Origin: a virus
Taxonomy: Duplodnaviria > Caudoviricetes
Length of the DNA: 40,071 nt
Reading direction: 5' to 3' (one strand)
Virus record (IMG/VR): IMGVR_UViG_3300032272_000037
Coordinates: 1 to 40,071 of that record
Below the pieces are notes generated by a model that had not been told where the DNA came from, did no database searches, and saw nothing but the letters and a program-made list of their open reading frames with translations. Position 1 is the first letter of the stretch. Every line of letters begins with the position of its first letter. Made by a program: the position numbers and the translations under genes. Below are positions 25,809-34,156 of this stretch, one piece after another.

Positions 25809-26099
25809 TTAATCCGTAAGTTTAATATTTTTATCATCAAGAAGGTCTACGAAGTTCTGACAATGCTTCAAGTTATCGAAAATTTTCACCCCTTTAACCT
25901 TCGGGCTTCGCTGATTGTAAGTAACCTTAAAGCGTATACCAGATATCATCGGTATAGAGCTGTCGTAGCCCTCAACGCCCTCTACATTGTTAACCGCTGT
26001 GACTAGTTCCACATGGTAATTAACGTTGTCAAAACCCTTGTTTGGGCACTCATTAACTCCTATCGATTGACGGTAAACCGCCTTAGCTTCTATTTTCAT
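25809..26099 (-). CDS. Hypothetical protein
   Basis: 96 aa; AAGGAG RBS. Confidence 0.72.
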   Translation of the reverse strand: MKIEAKAVYRQSIGVNECPNKGFDNVNYHVELVTAVNNVEGVEGYDSSIPMISGIRFKVTYNQRSPKVKGVKIFDNLKHCQNFVDLLDDKNIKLTD

Positions 26100-26108
26100 A
26101 ATGACTCC

Positions 26109-26450
26109 TTAGCAGTAAACAATCTCAAAACCTAAGCCTTCAGCGTCTGGTAATCTATCAAACATTTCTCTAGCTATGATTTCGGCATCGGTAACTGATT
26201 CGTAAAGCTTGGTCGATGGGTGAAAGTTCATAGTATCAAAGATATTCAATCCTGCCTCATCGCTAAGTAATTCAACTCTAAGTTGTTTTTTGCCGCAACT
26301 TCTTACTACATACTTAGAAACGCTAAACTTTACCTTTCCGCCGCTTTTCTCGATCCTATCCCTGATAGAAAAACCCAAACTATCACCTGTAAAGTTGTGA
26401 GGCCTTACGTTAAAACCTATGTTGCCTTTTTTGTTAATTATTGTTTTCAT
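26109..26450 (-). CDS. Hypothetical protein
   Basis: 113 aa; first gene after the long leader. Confidence 0.72.
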   Translation of the reverse strand: MKTIINKKGNIGFNVRPHNFTGDSLGFSIRDRIEKSGGKVKFSVSKYVVRSCGKKQLRVELLSDEAGLNIFDTMNFHPSTKLYESVTDAEIIAREMFDRLPDAEGLGFEIVYC

Positions 26451-26479
26451 ATTGCCGCCTTAACTAATTATTTAAAATG

Positions 26480-26736
26480 ATAGAGCAGCTAGATTTCGAC
26501 TATGCTCCGCGCCTCCTTTATCCTCGTGGGTGTCTAGCAAGGTAATTCACTTCTGACCACCTTCTAAGCTCTCTCGGTTGGCTTCCGTCTTACTATTCGA
26601 TTCGAGGCGTTTGATTCCTGTGTCGGTCTCAAACTTCTTTTTAAGGGTTCTTATGTTTACCGCTGACTTCTGGATGATTACCGTAACCTTAAGTGAGTTC
26701 GTAACCGCATCTAGTAAAGCTGTATCTCGTTTCGAT
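26480..26736 (-). ncRNA. Candidate structured leader/ncRNA (about 260 nt) downstream of an early promoter
   Basis: No long ORF on the transcribed strand; several stems and a repeated CAGAAGT loop motif. Confidence 0.42.
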
Positions 26737-26771
26737 AGAGCTATAATGGACTAACCAACATTAAACGTCAA
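26729..26771 (-). promoter_or_regulatory. Early sigma70 promoter with ATCGAAAC at +1
   Basis: TTGACG-17-CATTAT-agctct-ATCGAAAC. Confidence 0.7.
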
Positions 26772-26809
26772 GCCTTAATTAAGGTTTTTAATTAAATATA
26801 TTTAAGGCA

Positions 26810-26847
26810 ATAAAAAACCCCTTGATTCTCTCAGAAACAAAGGGGTT
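26810..26847 (-). terminator. Rho-independent terminator
   Basis: Minus strand AACCCCTTTG...CAAGGGGTT followed by TTTTATT. Confidence 0.7.
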
Positions 26848-26960
26848 AATGTGACTTTTAAATTAGTTGATCGCTAGCGCACACCAAGGCAATTAGGAAG
26901 ACCAACCAACAAAAGACACAAGACACAAATTACAATATCAGGATTGTAACCGCAAGTATT

Positions 26961-27149
26961 TTAAATGGTTTTGTCAAACATAACACAATGCAGCTTTCCT
27001 TCAATCTCCAACACTTGCCAGTTTTTCATACTTCTTAATCTAGATTGTATTGTGCCCGATGGTATGCCCATTCTCATAGATACACCGTGCAAACCATGTT
27101 CAAGTTTGTACTCTTCAAGTGAAACAATTTTTATTTTTTTATCTTTCAT
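26961..27149 (-). CDS. Small putative HTH DNA-binding protein
   Basis: GVSMRMGIPSGTIQSRL resembles an HTH; AGGAG RBS. Confidence 0.55.
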   Translation of the reverse strand: MKDKKIKIVSLEEYKLEHGLHGVSMRMGIPSGTIQSRLRSMKNWQVLEIEGKLHCVMFDKTI

Positions 27150-27187
27150 GTAAACTCCTGCTTGCGGGTTGCCCCGCTATTGTTTAA

Positions 27188-28378
27188 TTAAAGGTTATGC
27201 TTTTCGATAATTTCCATTAAATCAAGATAAATACCTTTTTCTATTTTGTACTGTGTAGCCCACGCTTCAATATCTCCGCGCAAAGTTGGCAGTGTTTTTT
27301 CAGCAATTAAATCAGAAGCCATCACAACGCTACTGAGCGCGTCACTATCTCTTTTCTTTGCGTTAGTATTTACATAGTTATTAACTGCTTGAGTTAGCGA
27401 ATCATCAACATATACCGCATTTTCAACAACAGGTTCAATAACGAGATCGGGAACTGCAAAAGCTTCTATTTGTTCAGCCTGAACAAACATTTTCTTTAAC
27501 TGAGTAATGACCGTATCTTTAGCCGCTATCGCTTCTTGATATCTATCACCGAATTCAATCTCTGGCACTTCGTAACTTTCAAGAGATTTAATTTTCCTGC
27601 CGATTTTTGAAGTATTTTCACCCATCAAATCTAAGGGGATCATTTGCAACTTGCTTAGCCTATCCCCTATTTTTCGCCTGCTTTCAACTGCGAGCAATTC
27701 AGCATCGGATATTCTCTTTGCTTCCTCCGCCGCTTTTTCAGCCTCAACTCTTGCAAGCTCTGCTTTTTTTGCTTCCTCTACAAGTCTATTTGATTCTATT
27801 TTTTGCATTAGAATTTCAGATAGTTGATTACTAACATCTTTAAGCGTTTCTATTGCTTCGTGAACAATATCTTTGTGAAAATTTTCCGCTTCAATATTGC
27901 TTACTGCATCAATAAGACTAGATATTTCATCCGTGTCACTCGTTGATTTTGCAGTCAAAACAAAATCCTTTATGCTTTTTAACTCTTCTCTTTGCTTGTT
28001 TAGCATTTGTTCATGCTTAAGCTTTATTAGTGCCGCCTCTTCTTTTCTGCGCTTATCTTCTTTTTCAAATTGACAAACAACATTGTCAAATATCCCCGTC
28101 ACGTCTGAAATCAACGAATCCCCGTATTCCTTCAATCCGTTAGAAAAATCAATTCTTCGTCGATTAATGTTATCAACAAGTTTGTTGCATTCAGTCCTGT
28201 CTTTTCTTGACTGCTTAAAAACTTCATCGTTAGACATATCTAGAACAATGTCGGAAGGGAATCTAACCCGCAAATCATTTAGAGCATTTTCTGTTAACTG
28301 CCCTTTAAACGCCTCAGCTAATAGTTTTTTTTCTGATTTTTGATTTTGAGTTAATTTTGTTTCGCTATTACTTTCCAT
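27188..28378 (-). CDS. Long coiled-coil protein in the recombination module
   Basis: About 396 aa, Glu/Lys/Ala-rich, directly downstream of the SSAP gene. Confidence 0.65.
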   Translation of the reverse strand: MESNSETKLTQNQKSEKKLLAEAFKGQLTENALNDLRVRFPSDIVLDMSNDEVFKQSRKDRTECNKLVDNINRRRIDFSNGLKEYGDSLISDVTGIFDNVVCQFEKEDKRRKEEAALIKLKHEQMLNKQREELKSIKDFVLTAKSTSDTDEISSLIDAVSNIEAENFHKDIVHEAIETLKDVSNQLSEILMQKIESNRLVEEAKKAELARVEAEKAAEEAKRISDAELLAVESRRKIGDRLSKLQMIPLDLMGENTSKIGRKIKSLESYEVPEIEFGDRYQEAIAAKDTVITQLKKMFVQAEQIEAFAVPDLVIEPVVENAVYVDDSLTQAVNNYVNTNAKKRDSDALSSVVMASDLIAEKTLPTLRGDIEAWATQYKIEKGIYLDLMEIIEKHNL

Positions 28379-29300
28379 TTTGCCCACCTTCAATTATGTT
28401 AATTCTGATTTGGATTGCTTTCTTAAATTTTGAATAAAGCAAAGATTCATCAAAATATTGACCAGCGCATTTGTTTACTAACTCATCTCTAATGTTTGCC
28501 GAAACTTTGTGTACTGCTCCAGCGTCAGGGATTAAATTTATATTTTTAATCTGGTCATCTAGCCAGTTGGTTACAGCGTGCAAGCGTTCTGCTACTTCTT
28601 CCATTGCTTTGCTATCTAGATTTTTAATAACTGTTTCTTTATCTTTTTTAAACTGTTCAAGAAGGTCTAGGCGGCCAAACGATGAAGCCCATCTATAAGC
28701 GTTATCATATCCCTGTTCTATTTCTTGAACAGTCATAGCGTCAAGTATTGCCTTGCTGAATACGCTATAATCTAAGTTCGGCAAAGCCCAGTCAGGAAGT
28801 TTAGGCGGCTGCCAATCAACACACATCCAATTACCTGCTTTTTTCTTTTTCTTATCTTCGTAAACTGTATCGAAATTATTTACCGCTTGGCTCCTGTACT
28901 CGCACGGCACGCAATACGCAAACCCTTCTTTGAGCTGATAAAGGTAACGACCAATACCGCACAATGCCCCCGCCCTTTTTAACGCTCCAGACGCGCCCCC
29001 CTTAAGTTCTTCGATGTCAGTTCTTGGGGCAACATCTTGCTTTTTAACCCAGTGACCATCTATCAAAAGCGATAGAGTACAAAGAAACCCTCTACCGCAT
29101 TTTGTCTCTTCCTGCTCTACCTGCCAACCGCCAACCCCCATCACATCGTCAAGTCGATTTTGTATAGCTCTCCCTGTTATGTAAGGAAGTACGATCATCC
29201 ACGGTTTGCCATTTTTTAAACCGCTCTGTCTAACTCTCCATTTTATATCGTTCGGCTCGAATGGTTCTTGAAACTTCGCCGATAAACTTTTGATTTCCAT
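28368..29300 (-). CDS. sak: Rad52/Rad22-family single-strand annealing protein (Sak-like)
   Basis: PFEPNDIKWRV, YITGRAIQNRLDDVMG and KGGASGALKRAGALCGIGRYLY motifs. Confidence 0.85.
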   Translation of the reverse strand: MEIKSLSAKFQEPFEPNDIKWRVRQSGLKNGKPWMIVLPYITGRAIQNRLDDVMGVGGWQVEQEETKCGRGFLCTLSLLIDGHWVKKQDVAPRTDIEELKGGASGALKRAGALCGIGRYLYQLKEGFAYCVPCEYRSQAVNNFDTVYEDKKKKKAGNWMCVDWQPPKLPDWALPNLDYSVFSKAILDAMTVQEIEQGYDNAYRWASSFGRLDLLEQFKKDKETVIKNLDSKAMEEVAERLHAVTNWLDDQIKNINLIPDAGAVHKVSANIRDELVNKCAGQYFDESLLYSKFKKAIQIRINIIEGGQNGK

Positions 29301-29593
29301 TATTTTTTAAAGTCCCATGTAGCGGGTATTTGTGTGTAACTGCTTAACATTACTTGGCCATGTTCATCAATTGATATTAGCTTATCGTTAATTGTTCTAA
29401 TTCCTGTTTTTTTCAGCATTTCAGCTAAGTTTTCATCTGAACAAATGGATGATTCACACCCTTCTATCTTATCTTGTGCAAGCTCCACTGAATGAGTGGC
29501 GCTATCTAACTTCTCCTTTGCCTTTTCTAATGATGAATGAGCATCTAAAAAATCCTGTATGCGTTGTACGTCTATATTTTTATTATCTTTCAT
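29300..29593 (-). CDS. Hypothetical protein
   Basis: 97 aa; first gene of the leftward early operon. Confidence 0.7.
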   Translation of the reverse strand: MKDNKNIDVQRIQDFLDAHSSLEKAKEKLDSATHSVELAQDKIEGCESSICSDENLAEMLKKTGIRTINDKLISIDEHGQVMLSSYTQIPATWDFKK

Positions 29594-29620
29594 ATTAATT
29601 CCTATTGATTGGTATGAGCC

Positions 29621-29664
29621 GTTTCGATGTGGATAATATTAAACATTAACAACCTTAATGTCAA
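29621..29664 (-). promoter_or_regulatory. Leftward early promoter (pL-like)
   Basis: TTGACA-17-TAATAT then ATCGAAAC. Confidence 0.78.
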
Positions 29665-29678
29665 GCCTTGATTTAAGC

Positions 29679-29707
29679 TTGACCTTAAATGATGGCGGTA
29701 GTATTAT
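29679..29707 (+). promoter_or_regulatory. Rightward early promoter (pR-like)
   Basis: TTGACC-17-TATTAT. Confidence 0.72.
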
Positions 29708-29751
29708 TTAGCTCAATAACACACGAAAATATAAATATTGAGAGAACAATC

Positions 29752-29955
29752 ATGATTAGAAAAACCGAAATTGAAATTCAAGGGGAAGAGTTTAACGTTA
29801 AATACATGATAGAAAACGGCGTTGTGATATGGATAACCCCCATTATCAAAGGGTGTCATTATGCGGGGGATTGGCTTCTTGAAATAGATTCAGTACGTGA
29901 AGCGCTAGAAGACCATCACGCCAACTTATTAGAAGAGAGCAATATAAATGTCTAA
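29752..29955 (+). CDS. Hypothetical protein
   Basis: ATG 29752 preferred because 29689 lies inside the promoter. Confidence 0.65.
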   Translation: MIRKTEIEIQGEEFNVKYMIENGVVIWITPIIKGCHYAGDWLLEIDSVREALEDHHANLLEESNINV

Positions 29956-30394
29956 ATATATTATCGGAATCGATCCAGACAGCGACAAGCACGGCGTCGC
30001 CATTTATGAAGATGAAAAACTAGTTAGCTTGCACTCTATGCAGCTTATTGATTTTTATATTCTGCTATCGAGCCTCGATTGTCTTCATGCTCCAGAGGTT
30101 CATATTGAGGACGTTTGCGCTAACAACGCGGCATTCAAAAAAAGAGGAGTTAGAAACCCCAAAGCGGGAACAGCAATAAATAGAAGTGTCGGGAAGTGCC
30201 AGCAATCACAGATTGAAATTGAGCGGGTTTGCGGTCATTTAGGCGTCACAGTAGTCAAGCACAAAATCAGTAAGCAATGGAAGGACGCTGAACACGGCAA
30301 AGGCTTGTTTGAAAAAGTTACTGGATGGAAAGGAAGGAGTAACGAGGATACGCGCAGCGCCGCATATTTTGGCTATCTGGGAGTTGATGGGTAA
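29948..30394 (+). CDS. RuvC-like Holliday junction resolvase
   Basis: IIGIDPD, VHIED and SNEDTRSAA RNase H-fold acidic motifs. Confidence 0.72.
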   Translation: MSKYIIGIDPDSDKHGVAIYEDEKLVSLHSMQLIDFYILLSSLDCLHAPEVHIEDVCANNAAFKKRGVRNPKAGTAINRSVGKCQQSQIEIERVCGHLGVTVVKHKISKQWKDAEHGKGLFEKVTGWKGRSNEDTRSAAYFGYLGVDG

Positions 30395-30403
30395 AATACT
30401 TAC

Positions 30404-30426
30404 AAGCCCCGAAAGGGGTTTTTATT
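30404..30426 (+). terminator. Rho-independent terminator
   Basis: AAGCCCC-GAAA-GGGGTT followed by TTTATT. Confidence 0.8.
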
Positions 30427-30448
30427 GGGTTTAGTTTGATGACGATAG

Positions 30449-30476
30449 TTGACAAAAACATATGATAGTATAATAT
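30449..30476 (+). promoter_or_regulatory. Promoter of the RHH gene
   Basis: TTGACA-16-TAATAT. Confidence 0.62.
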
Positions 30477-30509
30477 CTAATATCACACTACTAAGGCAAG
30501 GATTAGGAA

Positions 30510-30641
30510 ATGAGGAAAAAAGCTAAGTCATTCACATTAAGCCCGAAAGTTATAGCGTTAATCAAGAAACGCGCAACCGAAGAAAAAAGATCTGAATCTC
30601 AAATTGTAGATATTATTCTAGAAAAAAACCTCTCTTCATAA
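30510..30641 (+). CDS. Ribbon-helix-helix (CopG/Arc-like) regulator, 43 aa (not in the ORF track)
   Basis: MRKKAKSFTLSPKVIALIKKRATEEKRSESQIVDIILEKNLSS: beta strand KSFTL, helix, RSESQIV turn-helix; AGGA RBS. Confidence 0.78.
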   Translation: MRKKAKSFTLSPKVIALIKKRATEEKRSESQIVDIILEKNLSS

Positions 30642-30668
30642 AAAGCCCCCGATGACGCGGGGGCTTTT
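30640..30668. terminator. Bidirectional terminator between the RHH and replication genes
   Basis: AAAAGCCCCC-gatgacgc-GGGGGCTTTT. Confidence 0.72.
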
Positions 30669-30742
30669 AGATGAACAATTACACAACAATTAACATCAAA
30701 ACCATTAACACAGTTAATAGTCAATATCAAGGGTTATTATAC

Positions 30743-31555
30743 ATGAACTGGCTCAAGCATGACACAGACGCTAGAAACTCTTTAAAGCTAAGAAAGGTTA
30801 GAAGAAGATACGGATCGGACGGATACGCGATTTATTGGTTCTGTTTGGAGGCGATTGCTTACAATGTGGACAAGGATAACTTGAATTTTGACTTAAAAGA
30901 GGACGCGGAAACAATAGGTTTTGAACTAAGCATTCAAGAAAGAAGGGTCGAGGAAATTGTATCTTTCATGATAGAAATAAACCTTTTTGAAATTAACGAG
31001 GGGATCATTACATGCCCTAAATTAGCTGAAAGAATAGATAAATCAATGACTAACAGCCCAAAATTTAGGGCGTGGCTAGGTAGGCCTTTAGAGGTCAAAA
31101 AACAACCAGACGTCATGACATCACCTGACATCATCATGACATCACCTGACGCTGTCATGACAAGTGCTGAATTAGATAAGATTAGATTAGATAAGATTAG
31201 ATTAGATAAAGAAAGAGATCCTTTGTCGAAAAATGCTTTCGACGTTGCCAATGTAATTAATCATTTTAATTTGGTTACTGGACAAAAACTAAAACCATCA
31301 ACCAAAAGCCACGCGCAAAATATAAACGCTAGGATTGCAGAGGGTCACACCCCCGACGATCTGAAAATGGTTATAGATTATAAATTTTTCGAGTGGGGCG
31401 AAGATTCCTCTATGTGCCAATACTTAAGGCCAAGCACGCTGTTTAGAGTGGGAAACTTCAATGGATATCTTCAGCAAGCAATGCTTGGCGTTATAAAAAA
31501 AGCAACTAATCAGGCTAATTTAGACAACAACTGGCACGAGGATCTAGGACTATGA
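30743..31555 (+). CDS. Replication initiator (lambda O analogue; DUF4373-like N-terminus, conserved phage C-terminal domain)
   Basis: MNWLKHD..GYAIYWFCLE N-terminus; VINHFNLVTG..YLRPSTLF..NFNGYL C-terminus; internal iterons; precedes a P-like gene. Confidence 0.8.
   Translation: MNWLKHDTDARNSLKLRKVRRRYGSDGYAIYWFCLEAIAYNVDKDNLNFDLKEDAETIGFELSIQERRVEEIVSFMIEINLFEINEGIITCPKLAERIDKSMTNSPKFRAWLGRPLEVKKQPDVMTSPDIIMTSPDAVMTSAELDKIRLDKIRLDKERDPLSKNAFDVANVINHFNLVTGQKLKPSTKSHAQNINARIAEGHTPDDLKMVIDYKFFEWGEDSSMCQYLRPSTLFRVGNFNGYLQQAMLGVIKKATNQANLDNNWHEDLGL
31108..31210 (+). repeat. Putative replication origin: 21-bp iterons plus AT-rich 15-bp repeats
   Basis: TCATGACA at 31113, 31134 and 31155; ATTAGATAAGATTAG repeats at 31171-31210. 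Confidence 0.7.
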
Positions 31556-32193
31556 AATCAATTCAATCAATGGTTGCCAATGCTCAGCAAAAAGGATTCC
31601 CATCCGAATTAACACAAAAAAAAGTAAGTGGTGACGCTAAGAGTTTTATTGATCAATTACTTGAAGAACTCAAAGCTACGTACCCCGCTTGGCACGCCTC
31701 AATAAAATCAAATGTAGAAGAAAGTTACGTAAAAAAGGTTTGGGTTAAAGCTTTCATGGAAAATGGAATAACTAACATCGAGCAAGTTAAAAAGGGATTG
31801 GTTAGCGCAAGGAGGGATGCAAGGCCGTTTCTTCCCTCTGTTGGCGAGTTTATGGGATGGTGCAGTGATAATGATGAAACAGAACAAGCTTACGAACGAA
31901 TGCTTGCTGGTGAAAAACCAATTGATGAAGTCGAAAAAAAAGTAAGGCAAGTTTTTTGTTATGAGTTTAGGAGGAGGGCTTCAGACGAAGCAGGGATGGT
32001 TAAATTCAAAAAGGTATACCTGAAGTGGCAAAAGCTAAAAAATAGCGGTCACTGGCCAGCAAGGAGCTTGTACGCCCTTTCTAATCTTAGTCAGACAAAG
32101 CAAACTGACATGATGATTGAAGACAGGCTACACAGCGACAGGCCAAAGACGGATTTAGAAATAAGAATGAACAAAATAAGAACCAGAACATGA
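31552..32193 (+). CDS. Replication protein P (lambda P-like helicase loader)
   Basis: WVKAFMENGITNIEQVKKGL..AR..PFLPSVGEFMGWC signature. Confidence 0.85.
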   Translation: MKSIQSMVANAQQKGFPSELTQKKVSGDAKSFIDQLLEELKATYPAWHASIKSNVEESYVKKVWVKAFMENGITNIEQVKKGLVSARRDARPFLPSVGEFMGWCSDNDETEQAYERMLAGEKPIDEVEKKVRQVFCYEFRRRASDEAGMVKFKKVYLKWQKLKNSGHWPARSLYALSNLSQTKQTDMMIEDRLHSDRPKTDLEIRMNKIRTRT

Positions 32194-32573
32194 AACACTA
32201 TGGCTATCCAACAATGTATTATTCACGGGCTGGAATATCAGATTTAAAATTTGTTCTTTCTAGAATGAAATTAATACCCGAACATCTAAAACTTGAATTT
32301 AGTGAAAAATACGAATCATTTAGCCCAGCTTTGGGGGGCGATAATCGCAAGCAAGCAAATTTATGGCTAAATGGGGAAGCTTTGAAGTACAAGAGAGCGC
32401 CGATTAAGAAAACCGAGGTAAAAGAGCGTGTAGATTTGGAACCTAAGCCGCTAAACAAGCCCGTGATTGAATTTAAATCTAAAGTTGATACCAATGCTAC
32501 ACCCACAAAAAGAAGCTTCTTAGACTCGCTATTAGATGACGTTGATAAAAATAATAGGTTAAAACATAAATAA
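32190..32573 (+). CDS. Hypothetical protein
   Basis: 127 aa; ATGA overlap with the P gene. Confidence 0.72.
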   Translation: MKHYGYPTMYYSRAGISDLKFVLSRMKLIPEHLKLEFSEKYESFSPALGGDNRKQANLWLNGEALKYKRAPIKKTEVKERVDLEPKPLNKPVIEFKSKVDTNATPTKRSFLDSLLDDVDKNNRLKHK

Positions 32574-32577
32574 ACCC

Positions 32578-32606
32578 TTGCTGTTTAATCTGTGGCGGGG
32601 TAGCAT
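32578..32606 (+). promoter_or_regulatory. Putative sigma70 promoter
   Basis: TTGCTG-17-TAGCAT; spacer resembles the promoter at 29679. Confidence 0.55.
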
Positions 32607-32652
32607 TTACCTCGTCAACACAACAAACAACTTTAATTAATGGTGGGTAAAT

Positions 32653-32904
32653 ATGAGATATCGTGAAATTCATGAGTTGTTAGCGTGTGCGTGTGAACTG
32701 TCAGAAGAAGAGCATGAACAACTGCTTAATGATGATGATTTTGAGGATCTAGCTTTTGAAAAATTCGGTTGCGATGTTGATACTTTTTCTAAAATAGCTG
32801 AAGCACTGTTAAAACTAACGCCAAAAATTGAAACCGCAATAACAAAAGATGTGATTAATGCTTTTGTTTCTGGTAATAGGATTATAATCAAAGGAACAAA
32901 ATAG
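32653..32904 (+). CDS. Hypothetical acidic protein
   Basis: 83-aa ORF. Confidence 0.72.
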   Translation: MRYREIHELLACACELSEEEHEQLLNDDDFEDLAFEKFGCDVDTFSKIAEALLKLTPKIETAITKDVINAFVSGNRIIIKGTK

Positions 32905-32916
32905 CAGGCTGTTAAA

Positions 32917-33474
32917 ATGATTGTTGTAGAAGGTAAAAAAATCAAAGTTGATGACAGCGGTAGGTTTTCACTAACTGACTTGTGGCGAATTAGCGGGGCT
33001 AAAAAATCAAATAAACCAGCTTATTTTTTGTCTAAAAATGGGAAAGCGATTCTTGATTTTTTAAAAGCCGACTTTGGGGCTTTTAAACCTGTGAGTATAA
33101 AATCTGGCAAGTATGGCGGGACTTATGTTTGTAAAGAATTAGTTTACGCTTATGCAATGTGGCTAGATCCATCTTTTCAAGTGAAAGTGATTAGAGCTTT
33201 TGACAGTATAACCAAAGACAACTTAAACAATGAAGTAAGCGAACTTACAACTATAGAGATTCAAGATAACAATTATAAGCGTAGAGATAGCCTTTTGTTA
33301 TCATCTATAACCCCCATGAAGAAACTAGATAATCTATATTTAATAGAGCAATCCGATTCTCATGTGGGGGCGTTGCATGGCGCGGCATTGGCACGTCGAA
33401 GGGGGCAACGCTCTATATTTAAAGATGTTGAAAATGAAATAATTAACGAACTTCAGATAGGGCTAGACATTTAA
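32917..33474 (+). CDS. KilA-N domain DNA-binding protein
   Basis: GRFSLTDLWRISG..KPAYFL..GGTYVCKELVYAYAMWLDPSFQVKVIRAFD. Confidence 0.9.
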   Translation: MIVVEGKKIKVDDSGRFSLTDLWRISGAKKSNKPAYFLSKNGKAILDFLKADFGAFKPVSIKSGKYGGTYVCKELVYAYAMWLDPSFQVKVIRAFDSITKDNLNNEVSELTTIEIQDNNYKRRDSLLLSSITPMKKLDNLYLIEQSDSHVGALHGAALARRRGQRSIFKDVENEIINELQIGLDI

Positions 33475-33513
33475 AACATAACTATCGCTTACAAACTAAA
33501 AAAAGGCTTACAA

Positions 33514-33699
33514 ATGACGCTAATCGAATATATAAACAAAATGTATGGCGCTGAACGGGGAGGTAAAGCCGCATTCCTTCGCGACAACCCAAACATTAGA
33601 CAGGGAAAAATAAAAGAGCGTGAGGGCTGGATTGTGTCAATTGAGGGGTATCTAATATCACCAAGAGCCGAAAAGCTAAAGGTTAATATCGAGGTGTAA
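33514..33699 (+). CDS. Small putative DNA-binding (Cro-like) protein
   Basis: MTLIEYINKMYG..GGKAAFLR start. Confidence 0.5.
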   Translation: MTLIEYINKMYGAERGGKAAFLRDNPNIRQGKIKEREGWIVSIEGYLISPRAEKLKVNIEV

Positions 33700-33702
33700 T
33701 AA

Positions 33703-34140
33703 TTGAAAAAGTTTGAGTTTACATCATCGACATTTAAGCAACTGCTTTCAAATATTCAGCGGTCTATTGTACCTAATAAAAAATACATTCTAACAATTAG
33801 CGAATGGTCAGAAAAAAGGTCGATTGATGCAAATGCTGTTTATCATGTGTGGGTAAATCAAATTAGCAAATATACAGGCGAGGATTTAAAAATTACTGAA
33901 ATGAGATGCAAACGTGATCATGGCTTACCTATCCTCCTTGCTAGTGGACATGGTGAAGTAAGCGGATGGATGCTCAACGCTGCAAACTATTACAACATGG
34001 ATGATTACTCGCAATTAATATTTGTGTCCTGCATGAAAGTTACAAGGCTATTTTCAACGGAACAGCATAATCAGTTTAGGGATAGCGTTAAAAACTTTTG
34101 GAGCGAACAAGGGTTAGACCTTCAATACAAAAAAACTTAA
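33703..34140 (+). CDS. ninB: NinB-like protein
   Basis: KRSIDANAVYHVWVNQIS and VTRLFSTEQHNQF motifs. Confidence 0.68.
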   Translation: MKKFEFTSSTFKQLLSNIQRSIVPNKKYILTISEWSEKRSIDANAVYHVWVNQISKYTGEDLKITEMRCKRDHGLPILLASGHGEVSGWMLNAANYYNMDDYSQLIFVSCMKVTRLFSTEQHNQFRDSVKNFWSEQGLDLQYKKT

Positions 34141-34156
34141 TTTTAAAGGGTAAAAG

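Noticed and set aside
26678-26710. 10-codon ORF MRLRTHLRLR inside the long leader considered as an attenuator peptide
   Set aside because: No clear RBS and no downstream terminator/antiterminator pair; could be chance
27165-27178. GCGGG-GCAA-CCCGC hairpin considered as a terminator
   Set aside because: No U-tract on the transcribed minus strand and it sits just before the next RBS; more likely a stabilising stem
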